The notes beneath the pieces are model-generated. The model was given only the letters and a program-made list of their open reading frames with translations, ran no database searches and was not told the origin of the DNA. From IMG/VR virus record IMGVR_UViG_3300029220_000010: a stretch of 54,538 nucleotides of DNA. One strand, 5' to 3'. Every line of letters starts with the position of its first letter. Position 1 is the stretch's first letter. Origin of the DNA: a virus. The position numbers were made by a program, and so were the translations under genes. Positions 25,412-33,162 of this stretch are shown here, piece by piece.

Positions 25412-26080
25412 ATGAACGAGGGATTAAACACACTTAGTGCTGCAGATGTAGCAGCAGTCACAAGAAACAACGATGGAAACATGTGGGGTGACGGTGGATG
25501 GTTCTGGATTATCATTCTTGCTTTCCTATTTTGCGGTAACGGATGGGGAAACAACAATGGAGCACAGGACGCTTTTATCTCTGACGAATTCGTGAAAAGA
25601 GATATCTTTAACACAAATCAGAATGTGTCTAACACAGCTTGCGAGACACAGAGAGACGTATTAGAGAACCGCTATAACACACAGCTCGGCTTGCAGAACT
25701 TACAGGCTCAGCAGTCTCAGTGTTGCTGCAACACACAGAAAGAGATTTTACAGAGTAGATATGATGCAGCATTACAGGCACAGAACATGCAGGCACAGAT
25801 GGCACAGTGTTGCTGTGATATCAAAGAAAGCATCTTAGCAGATGGACAGGCTACACGCCAGTTAATCCAGGATAACACGATTCAGAACTTGAGAGACAAG
25901 CTTGCTGATCGTGACAGAGATTTGCAGACAGCATACTGGCAGATTTCACAGGTATCACAGACCAATAACATTATTGATGCAGTGAGACCGACACCAAAAC
26001 CGGCTTATATGTCTTGCAGTCCATACTTTGCATATAACGCATTTGGTAATGGTTGCTGTGCAAGTGGGAATGTGATGTAA
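25412..26080 (+). CDS. Membrane-anchored Gln-rich protein with repeated CCC motifs
   Basis: TM segment WFWIIILAFLFCGNGWG. Internal ~29-aa repeats end in QAQQSQCCC and QAQMAQCCC. C-terminal GNGCCASG. Confidence 0.6.
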   Translation: MNEGLNTLSAADVAAVTRNNDGNMWGDGGWFWIIILAFLFCGNGWGNNNGAQDAFISDEFVKRDIFNTNQNVSNTACETQRDVLENRYNTQLGLQNLQAQQSQCCCNTQKEILQSRYDAALQAQNMQAQMAQCCCDIKESILADGQATRQLIQDNTIQNLRDKLADRDRDLQTAYWQISQVSQTNNIIDAVRPTPKPAYMSCSPYFAYNAFGNGCCASGNVM

Positions 26081-26287
26081 GTGAACGATATATCACTACT
26101 TGACTTTCTGACGGTGTACGGAGTTGCTTTACAGATAGCGAATTTTAACAGTAATCTATCACAGGCAAGTAATTCTGACATCGAAAAACACTTGCACGAA
26201 CAAGACAGTAAGTATTTTTTGAAAATAATTGAAAACCAAAACAAAATCATAAGCATGTTGGAAGAATCCATATCTACGAAAAAGTAG
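26081..26287 (+). CDS. Hypothetical protein (GTG start, no clear SD)
   Basis: 68-aa ORF abutting the previous stop. Confidence 0.35.
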   Translation: MNDISLLDFLTVYGVALQIANFNSNLSQASNSDIEKHLHEQDSKYFLKIIENQNKIISMLEESISTKK

Positions 26288-26300
26288 TCTTGCGAACATC

Positions 26301-26334
26301 AAAGAGAGTAGGCATGCGCTTGCTCTCTTTTTTT
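26301..26334 (+). terminator. Rho-independent terminator
   Basis: AAAGAGAG pairs with CTCTCTTT around a GC-rich core, then a T-run. Confidence 0.6.
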
Positions 26335-26351
26335 AAGAAAGGAGAAAAAAT

Positions 26352-26780
26352 ATGTTAAATTCTATTGCTAAAAACGCTCAGACAGTAGCAACAAATCAGA
26401 ATGTATTATTTACGGAAACAAGAGTGAAAAGCCGTAGATGCGCTTGTAACACAGGGTGGCTTGCACATGACAACGGCAGTGGACTTTTTGAAATCACAAA
26501 CCGCGGAAATCTGCCGATGGCAGTCGAAGTTGAGTTTAACGGAAACGTTACGGCATCTGCAATAGGAGCGGTAGCGTTATCTATCAAACAGAACGGGGAA
26601 CCGGTTTCTGGTACGGAAATGGATTATACAGTAGCAACGGCAAATGTGTATCAGAATGTCAGTGCAGCTACATTGATTGCAGTTCCGGCCGGAAGTAGCG
26701 TCACTGTATCGGTTGGCAACGTTGGCACAGTCGAAACATTGGTTAAGGATGCGAATATCATCATTAAAAAGCTCTCATAG
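26352..26780 (+). CDS. Small beta-rich protein, possibly a C1q/TNF/BclA-C-terminal-like jelly roll
   Basis: Alternating pattern ...LFEITNRGNLPMAVEVEFNGNVTAS...LSIKQNGEPVSGT...VTVSVGNVG...ANIIIKKL. Confidence 0.4.
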   Translation: MLNSIAKNAQTVATNQNVLFTETRVKSRRCACNTGWLAHDNGSGLFEITNRGNLPMAVEVEFNGNVTASAIGAVALSIKQNGEPVSGTEMDYTVATANVYQNVSAATLIAVPAGSSVTVSVGNVGTVETLVKDANIIIKKLS

Positions 26781-26797
26781 AAAAGGGGTGAGTTTCT

Positions 26798-27388
26798 ATG
26801 ATTGATTTTAAAAGCAACCTAGATGTCAAAACTCCGAAAGAAATCTTTGCCGAAATCAATAAACGGTTTATCGGAGCGGTCATGATGCACGGACAGTTTG
26901 CGGACTACTTTGATTTCCTTGGCTTAAAAGGCTTTAAGCGGATGCATGAGTACCAGCACATTGCGGAAAGTTTGGAACGTAGGAAAGTGTGCCAATATTT
27001 TATAAGCCATCACAATCAGCTTATTGATGATGAATTTGATGGAAAAGTAAATGTTATCCCGGATGCGTGGCGAACGGCCAAACGGTTAAGCGTTGGGAAA
27101 AGCACAAAGCAGAAAGCCGTAGAAGATGGATTTGTTGAGTATCACAATTGGGAATCCGAAACAAAGGAAGTGTACGAACAGTACGCACACACGCTAAGAG
27201 AAAACGGTCATGTGGCTGATGCTATGTTCGTGGAATGTTTGGTAGAGGATGTAAGCGAAGAATTAAAAACTGTAGAATGTATGATTAACGACCTCATATC
27301 TACAGGATACGACATGGTATATATCACAGAAATTCAGTCGGAGATTCACGACAAATACAAAAAGAAAACGAAAGGAATCGAGGTGTGA
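26798..27388 (+). CDS. Ferritin-like four-helix-bundle protein
   Basis: By eye, HGQFADYFDFLGLKGFKRMHEYQHIAESLERRK and MFVECLVEDVSEELKTVECMINDL align to ferritin helices A/B and D. Confidence 0.45.
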   Translation: MIDFKSNLDVKTPKEIFAEINKRFIGAVMMHGQFADYFDFLGLKGFKRMHEYQHIAESLERRKVCQYFISHHNQLIDDEFDGKVNVIPDAWRTAKRLSVGKSTKQKAVEDGFVEYHNWESETKEVYEQYAHTLRENGHVADAMFVECLVEDVSEELKTVECMINDLISTGYDMVYITEIQSEIHDKYKKKTKGIEV

Positions 27389-27391
27389 TAA

Positions 27392-27814
27392 ATGAGCGAG
27401 ATCAAAAAGATTTTGGAAGACCAGCTTGAACGCGAAAAAGCATCTGCAAAGAAAGACTTGAATATGTCTAACTTACAGGCAATGTACATGATTACATCTA
27501 CATTATGCAATATGAAATCTTTGGAATGTGAAAGCGTACCGGGGATGATTGCGGATGCATCGGAAAACCTTATCAAGAAATACAGTAACGGAAAGTACGA
27601 TAAAAACATTGATGCGCTATACGACCAGTACATTATGGCGAAAGAGATGTATCAACAGAACGGAGATCAAGCGCACAGAGACAAACTGATGGAAAGTGTC
27701 GGGAAACTTATGGTAGAAGTGTACGACATGCTTTCCTCTATGGTGATGGATTCAGATTTTGCAGAAGAACGGAAAGAGATTCAAAGGCAAATCAAGAAGC
27801 TTGCGGAAATGTAA
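27392..27814 (+). CDS. Hypothetical helical protein
   Basis: GAGGTG SD; 140 aa. Confidence 0.55.
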   Translation: MSEIKKILEDQLEREKASAKKDLNMSNLQAMYMITSTLCNMKSLECESVPGMIADASENLIKKYSNGKYDKNIDALYDQYIMAKEMYQQNGDQAHRDKLMESVGKLMVEVYDMLSSMVMDSDFAEERKEIQRQIKKLAEM

Positions 27815-28193
27815 AAACATGGGTACGGAGTACTATATATATTAATGTTACGATATATACGGTGAATCACATAGGACATTTTCTTTTCTTACTTGATACA
27901 CCTCCTTTCAATAAAGCCTAATAGCGGAATGCTGATTAAAGGGCGGTCAAACGCCCGTTAGGCTTTCCCCTAAGGTTGCGGACTTGGGGAATCGTCATCT
28001 TATGTTACCTCCTAAAAATATAAAATGATAAATTTTTATCCGCAAAGGATAGTGCACAGTATGGTGCATGGATTCATTTCCGACTATCCTTTTTCTGTAT
28101 AGAGTTAGTTACGGAATAATATACAGATTGACCGTCAAATAGCCGTAACAGTGGTTGGAACTGTATAGAGGGAACACTTACACCAACCACTAA

Positions 28194-28280
28194 CGGGATA
28201 TAGTTCAATGGTAGAACAAAAGTCACAATCATCTCTTTAAAAAAAGACTTATGTCCACGGTTCGATTCCGTGTATCCCGA
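28194..28280 (+). tRNA. tRNA-like gene with canonical acceptor, D and T arms but a 21-nt anticodon loop
   Basis: Acceptor CGGGATA/TATCCCG; D arm GTTC-AATGGTA-GAAC; T arm CACGG-TTCGATT-CCGTG; anticodon stem AAGTC/GACTT encloses ACAATCATCTCTTTAAAAAAA. Confidence 0.5.
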
Positions 28281-28287
28281 TTACCCC

Positions 28288-28331
28288 GACAGAGGTTCAT
28301 CTGTCTGAATCCCTACCGCAGACGAAGCGGT
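28288..28331 (+). promoter_or_regulatory. Two-hairpin intergenic element (loose copy) upstream of the scaffold gene
   Basis: GACAGA-ggttca-TCTGTC, then ACCGC-agacgaa-GCGGT. Confidence 0.4.
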
Positions 28332-28361
28332 TAATAAGAGACGTTGAGGAGGATATGCAAC

Positions 28362-28970
28362 ATGAAAAATATTATTCAGATTATCAAGGATGCTGGTCTT
28401 GAAATTACAGATGAGCAGAAAAAGACAATCGAAGATGCAGTGAAAGAGAATTACAAGAGCGTATCTGACTATGATAAGCAGACACGAAAAGTAGAAACTC
28501 TGACACAGGAACGTGACAACTTTAAAACGCAGTATGAAACAGCGAAAGAGACTTTGGACGGGTTCGAGGGAAAAGACTTCGATGCAATCACAAGAGAACG
28601 TGATGAGTGGAAGACGAAAGCCGAGAACGCAGAAAAAGAATGGAAAGACAAGTTTGAAGCCAGCGAAAAAGAGTACAACCAGAAGATTGAAGAAAGAGAC
28701 TTCAATGACGTTCTGACAAAGGCTCTTGCAGGCGAGAAATTCAGTTCTGATTTTGCAAAAACAGGAATCATCAACATGATTAAGGATAAAGGTCTGAAAC
28801 GTGAGGGCGAAAAGATTCTTGGTCTTGATGATTACATGAAAGAGCTGAAAGAATCTCAGAAAGATGCTTTCGTGACGGATGGTAAGACACCACCGGTATT
28901 CACAACACCTACGGAAAAAGGTGGAAGTGAACAGAAAGCAGAGCCGTTTGTTCCTGGAACTGTTTGGTAA
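28362..28970 (+). CDS. Scaffolding protein
   Basis: GAGGAGG SD. 202 aa, charged and helical (KDAGLEITDEQKKTIEDAVKENYKSVSDYDKQ...), directly upstream of the capsid gene. Confidence 0.75.
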   Translation: MKNIIQIIKDAGLEITDEQKKTIEDAVKENYKSVSDYDKQTRKVETLTQERDNFKTQYETAKETLDGFEGKDFDAITRERDEWKTKAENAEKEWKDKFEASEKEYNQKIEERDFNDVLTKALAGEKFSSDFAKTGIINMIKDKGLKREGEKILGLDDYMKELKESQKDAFVTDGKTPPVFTTPTEKGGSEQKAEPFVPGTVW

Positions 28971-28984
28971 AACCATACTGTTAG

Positions 28985-29014
28985 CCGGCTATCGATAGAA
29001 GATAGTCGTTGACC
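28985..29014 (+). promoter_or_regulatory. Conserved hairpin-YTGACC element upstream of the major capsid gene
   Basis: CGGCTATC-gatagaa-GATAGTCG, then TTGACC. Confidence 0.5.
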
Positions 29015-29038
29015 TTAAAAAAATAAAGGAGAACAAAA

Positions 29039-29890
29039 ATGGCAGAAACAACAAGAATTACATCGTTAAACATGTTACTTGACCCAACCGGAAAAATGCT
29101 TCTTGCAGAAGAGTATGGAAAGGTCATTGAAAACGTCCAGAAGAACACTATTTCTGGGAAAATGAAGAATACCGAACTTTCCGGTGATCCGTCAGCCGGA
29201 ACCGTAGAAGCAAAAAGATTTGCAAATGCGACATCTAAGAATTACGGAACAGCCAGAGGTGCAGCTAAAGGCGATGGAGTAAAAGGAAAGCCGGTTACGA
29301 TTCCAATTGATGTAGATAAGGAAATCGTAGAAGAGGTTGAACAGAAAGACGTATCTCTTCTCGGAGTAGAGGGACTTATCGCTAAAAGAACAGCGAACCA
29401 TGCACTTAGAATGATTGCAGAACTCGACACTGAGTTCTTCAAAGTTGCCGGAACAGATGCGACAGAAGTTGATCTGACAGGTATTACAGCTATTGAGGAA
29501 CAGGCTGAAACCATGATTCAGCAGTGCGAAACTACCAAGAATGAATATGTGGACGGAGTACCACGTTCTATGATGAACATGATCTGTACACCAAAATTCT
29601 ACGGAAAAATCCGCACATATCTGGACAAAGTTACAGTGCCGGGTGTTGGCGTGGCTGACGAAGAGTTCTATGCTTATCATGGCGTAAAAACATTCTCATG
29701 CGTGCACATGCCGACAGACGTTGACGTGATCGTGATGGTGGATGGAGCTATCGCACAGCCTGTTAAATCCACACCATACAGTGCTGAGAAGATTCCTCTT
29801 TCAGAAGCATATGGCATCGAACTCTTTTACCACTACGGAACAAAATCTGTAATGCCTGACCTTATCTTCAAAAACAAGAAAGGTGAGTAA
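29039..29890 (+). CDS. Major capsid protein
   Basis: 283 aa after the scaffold gene; AAAGGAG SD; position and composition are typical. Confidence 0.75.
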   Translation: MAETTRITSLNMLLDPTGKMLLAEEYGKVIENVQKNTISGKMKNTELSGDPSAGTVEAKRFANATSKNYGTARGAAKGDGVKGKPVTIPIDVDKEIVEEVEQKDVSLLGVEGLIAKRTANHALRMIAELDTEFFKVAGTDATEVDLTGITAIEEQAETMIQQCETTKNEYVDGVPRSMMNMICTPKFYGKIRTYLDKVTVPGVGVADEEFYAYHGVKTFSCVHMPTDVDVIVMVDGAIAQPVKSTPYSAEKIPLSEAYGIELFYHYGTKSVMPDLIFKNKKGE

Positions 29891-29892
29891 AC

Positions 29893-30036
29893 ATGAGACG
29901 GTTTGAAGACTTGGAAACAGGAAGAATCTTATCAACCGAGCATGAAACGAGTGCTCAGTTGATGGAAAACAATCCACAAAAATATAAAGAAGTCAGTGAC
30001 GTAAAGCCAAAGACGAGATCGAATCCAAGAAAGTAG
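29893..30036 (+). CDS. Small hypothetical protein (47 aa)
   Basis: ATG 29893 after AGGTGAG; TAG at 30034-30036. Confidence 0.35.
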   Translation: MRRFEDLETGRILSTEHETSAQLMENNPQKYKEVSDVKPKTRSNPRK

Positions 30037-30055
30037 GAAAATTAGGTGAAACACT

Positions 30056-30526
30056 ATGGCGTACACAGATTATAAGTTTTATACAAAAAAATTTTTCGGA
30101 AAAACAATTCCAGAAAGCGAATTTCGTGAATATGTAGAACGAGCCAGTGACTGCGTAGACAACTACACGATGGAGCGCCTTGTTGATGGGCTTCCAGAAA
30201 ATGAGCGAGCAGAAACAAAAGTTCAAAAAGCTGTATGTGCAGTAGCTGATGAAATGTACAAGATAGAGCAAGCTAAAAAAGCTTCTATGGATGCCATAGG
30301 AACCATACAGAGAGAAGATGGGACGGTCGTAAATAAGACCGTCTCTTCTGTTTCTTCTGGAAATGAAAGCATATCTTACGCTAACGGGAACAGCCAGAGC
30401 AATCGGTATACCGTAGCAGCTACCAATGTGCAAGAAGAGAAAAGAATACTTCTCGAAGCAGCGGTTAGCTATCTTTTTAACGTTACCGATGATAACGGAG
30501 TGTACTTGCTATATAGAGGAATTTGA
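30056..30526 (+). CDS. Head-tail connector (gp6-like)
   Basis: MAYTDYKFYTKKFFGKTIPESEFREYVERASDCVDNYT resembles gp6-like head-tail connector N-termini. Confidence 0.6.
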   Translation: MAYTDYKFYTKKFFGKTIPESEFREYVERASDCVDNYTMERLVDGLPENERAETKVQKAVCAVADEMYKIEQAKKASMDAIGTIQREDGTVVNKTVSSVSSGNESISYANGNSQSNRYTVAATNVQEEKRILLEAAVSYLFNVTDDNGVYLLYRGI

Positions 30527-30529
30527 ACA

Positions 30530-30667
30530 ATGGGAATTATTAAAAGATTATTTTGCAAACACAAAAAGAAAATCCATGCCGGAACGTATCTGGAAGATAT
30601 CGGAAACGGGATAAAAGAAACAAGACACATATGGAAGTGTGAAAAATGCGGTAAGAAGTTTTATTAA
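30530..30667 (+). CDS. Small Cys-containing protein (45 aa)
   Basis: MGIIKRLFCKHKKK...WKCEKCGKKFY, read by hand. Confidence 0.35.
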   Translation: MGIIKRLFCKHKKKIHAGTYLEDIGNGIKETRHIWKCEKCGKKFY

Positions 30668-30682
30668 CGAGAGGTGGTACCA

Positions 30683-31135
30683 ATGTATGACAAAACCATA
30701 ACTGTATTCAACAAATATGTGAATCAAAAGGATGAAATATTTTGGTATCCGACCGTAATTAAAGGTGTTCAACTCATTGTTGATAAATCCGCAAACATCG
30801 AAAAGACAGGACTTGATACGGCTGACACGGCAACGCTCCATGTTCTGTATCGCATGGTATCCGCTGAAAAAGTAGTATCTGGCAAAAAGTATCTTGAGCC
30901 TAAAAAATGGGCGAAACAAATTAACGATACGCTTGTACATACCGTCACATTTGCAAGCGGTGACTTTTTCATTGAGGGCGAACATGATGAAAAGATGATA
31001 GCAGACGAAGACTATCAGAGCCGGAGAGACGGTGGCTTTTATGATTATATGAACAAAAATTACGACAATGTATTCTTAATCACCAATGTCGGAACATACA
31101 CACTTATCCCACATTTTGAGATAGGGGGAAAGTAA
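30683..31135 (+). CDS. Head-tail joining / head closure protein
   Basis: GAGGTGG SD then ATG 30683; assignment by position in the head-tail module. Confidence 0.5.
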   Translation: MYDKTITVFNKYVNQKDEIFWYPTVIKGVQLIVDKSANIEKTGLDTADTATLHVLYRMVSAEKVVSGKKYLEPKKWAKQINDTLVHTVTFASGDFFIEGEHDEKMIADEDYQSRRDGGFYDYMNKNYDNVFLITNVGTYTLIPHFEIGGK

Positions 31136-31594
31136 ATGGCACGTAGCAGAATGTTCCATTTTCCAAACATCTCGATAGTTGAAGCTGACATCAAAGTGAA
31201 TGTGAATCTTGAACGATTCGAAAAACAATTCCAAGATGCTCAACTTTGGTTAGATGAACAGGTATGGACAGGCACAAAAAAGTATATTCCACAAAGAGAC
31301 GGGATGTTGATTGATACTACTAGTGTGCAGAATGAATCCATGAAAGGTAGCGGGAAAGTATATGCCGGATATGGACCTTACGCAAGATTTCTGTACATGG
31401 GAAAAGTTATGGTAGATCCGGAAACTGGTTCGCCGTGGGCAAGACCGGGGGCGAAAAAGGTGGTAACAGACCGTGATATCCAGTTTTCGAAAGTGCCAAA
31501 TCCTTTTGCAACAGACCATTGGTTTGATGCTGCTAAAGATGAATTTGGTGATACATGGGTAAAAGGAGTGAAGAAACGTGCAGGCGGTGGATAG
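31136..31594 (+). CDS. Minor capsid / tail-completion family protein
   Basis: YGPYARFLYMGKVMVDPETGSPWARPGAKK...DHWFDAAK resembles minor capsid (HK97 gp10-like) families. Confidence 0.55.
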   Translation: MARSRMFHFPNISIVEADIKVNVNLERFEKQFQDAQLWLDEQVWTGTKKYIPQRDGMLIDTTSVQNESMKGSGKVYAGYGPYARFLYMGKVMVDPETGSPWARPGAKKVVTDRDIQFSKVPNPFATDHWFDAAKDEFGDTWVKGVKKRAGGG

Positions 31595-32096
31595 TAAAAA
31601 AACAGTGAAATACGATGTTGACGGATACGACATTGTAACAAATGCACTTAAAGATTTGCTGAATCAGTATCCTGGATTGGAAACCGGAGAAGTGTTTAAA
31701 TTCTCCACTCTGAAAGAAGATGATGGAATGGCGTTCTATCCGGTATCCGGTGCGGTGATTGCACAGGAGAAAAAATCGGTAACAGGCAAGGTGAATCAGC
31801 TTTGCAACTACCCATTTTATATCATATATAGGACATCCCGTGATTCTCCGAACACGAAAGCGGATATAAAGGAATTTCTTGATAGTGTAGGTAAATGGCT
31901 GGAACGACAAACAGTCGTGATTGATGGCAAAAAGCATAGGCTTACATCTTACCCAACACTTACAGAGGAACGAAAAATAGAAGAGATTACAAGAATCACA
32001 CCATCATACCTTGACAAAATTTACGAAAACAATGTTCAAGACTGGGTGATTAGTATGTCTCTTAAATACAGAAATGTATTCATAAGAACTAATTAA
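31578..32096 (+). CDS. Tail terminator-position protein
   Basis: GTG start after AAAGGAG; assignment by position just before the major tail gene. Confidence 0.45.
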   Translation: MQAVDSKKTVKYDVDGYDIVTNALKDLLNQYPGLETGEVFKFSTLKEDDGMAFYPVSGAVIAQEKKSVTGKVNQLCNYPFYIIYRTSRDSPNTKADIKEFLDSVGKWLERQTVVIDGKKHRLTSYPTLTEERKIEEITRITPSYLDKIYENNVQDWVISMSLKYRNVFIRTN

Positions 32097-32142
32097 CCGG
32101 ACATCAATTGAAGATGTTCGCTGACCGTAAAAAGCTAACGGT
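32097..32142 (+). promoter_or_regulatory. Conserved two-hairpin element upstream of the major tail gene
   Basis: CGGACATC-aattgaa-GATGTTCG, CTGACC, ACCGT-aaaaagcta-ACGGT, then TAGAAAGGAC. Confidence 0.55.
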
Positions 32143-32157
32143 AGAAAGGACTATAAT

Positions 32158-32694
32158 ATGGGAAATCTTAGTAGAGAAGCACTTGCACATTATTTGGACT
32201 ATAGCTTCAAACAGACAGTAGCAAGTGCTACGTGGGAAATCCTTGGTGATGACATCGACGATATGTCGGTTGATCTGAACCCGGATACAGAGACGAAGAA
32301 GAACATTCTTGGTCAGACAAAAACGACAGACAATGGATATGAACCGTCTATGGATGCAGATACATACTATGCAAACCCGGACAAAAAGCTGTATCCGAAG
32401 ATTAGGGATATTGCAATGAAACGATTAAAAGGAGCGGACTGTAAAACACTTATGCTGGAAGTCCTTGTGGAAGATACAAGTGCAGAAAACCACCTTGCGT
32501 ATGTCGAAGAGGTTATGGTAAAACCTCAGTCTTATGGTGGAGATACATCTGGTGTAAACATTCCGTTCAAGGTGTCTTCCGATGGAAAGAGGACAGAGGG
32601 ATATGTAAGTGCCACTTCGCTCGCTTCTGGAAACCCAGAATTTACAGCCGGAACAATCCCACATAGTCTTTCTACAGGAAAAGAAGTACTGTAA
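32158..32694 (+). CDS. Major tail protein
   Basis: 178 aa; position upstream of the chaperones and tape measure gene. Confidence 0.7.
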   Translation: MGNLSREALAHYLDYSFKQTVASATWEILGDDIDDMSVDLNPDTETKKNILGQTKTTDNGYEPSMDADTYYANPDKKLYPKIRDIAMKRLKGADCKTLMLEVLVEDTSAENHLAYVEEVMVKPQSYGGDTSGVNIPFKVSSDGKRTEGYVSATSLASGNPEFTAGTIPHSLSTGKEVL

Positions 32695-32718
32695 CGCTTT
32701 ATTAACAGGAGGAATAAT

Positions 32719-33162
32719 ATGAGCAACAAGTTACCAAAAAAAAGAAATGATAGCGAACTGGTTATTAAGATAAATGATGGCCGAGTCAAAATTCCGATCA
32801 AAAACCAGTTTGGTGAAACTCTTGGAAGTATAGTGTTCGCACCGACTGACACTAACATTGTTGACAGATACGAAGAAGTCGTTCGATTTTGGAAAAATTA
32901 CAAGATGCCGGAAGATGACAGCATTGAAGCTGCCAGAAAAGCAGAAAAAGAAATTTCAGAGAAAATGTCTTATCTGATTAATGGAGATGCAGAAAAAGCA
33001 TTTTTCCAGGTTCTCGGACCGTTTTCGCCAATGGATGATGGAAGAATTTTCCTCGAAATTGTAATTGACAGTGTTGCAAAAGTCATTGAAACAAAACTGA
33101 ACACAAACGTAACAAAGGTACAGCGCCGTGTAAATAAGTACGTGGCCAAGTACCATAACTAA
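32719..33162 (+). CDS. Tail assembly chaperone
   Basis: Assignment by position between the major tail and tape measure genes. Confidence 0.55.
   Translation: MSNKLPKKRNDSELVIKINDGRVKIPIKNQFGETLGSIVFAPTDTNIVDRYEEVVRFWKNYKMPEDDSIEAARKAEKEISEKMSYLINGDAEKAFFQVLGPFSPMDDGRIFLEIVIDSVAKVIETKLNTNVTKVQRRVNKYVAKYHN

Noticed and set aside
28194-28280. Suppressor tRNA or alternative genetic code
   Set aside because: All major genes read through cleanly with the standard code, with no in-frame TAG or TGA interruptions, and no position of the enlarged loop gives a proper U33-anticodon-R37 context.
28281-28976. 231-aa minus-strand ORF
   Set aside because: It is antisense to the well-supported scaffolding gene, which has a GAGGAGG SD and the canonical position before the capsid gene. 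Its product is low-complexity and F/L/C-rich, with no SD.
29192-29680. Antisense or alternative-frame ORFs inside strongly supported genes (also 34931-35398, 52489-53073, 15315-15764, 13514-13798, 20049-20339, 5300-5530)
   Set aside because: They lie within capsid, tape measure, DUF6273, terminase and other confidently framed genes. They lack start signals and have skewed, low-complexity composition.
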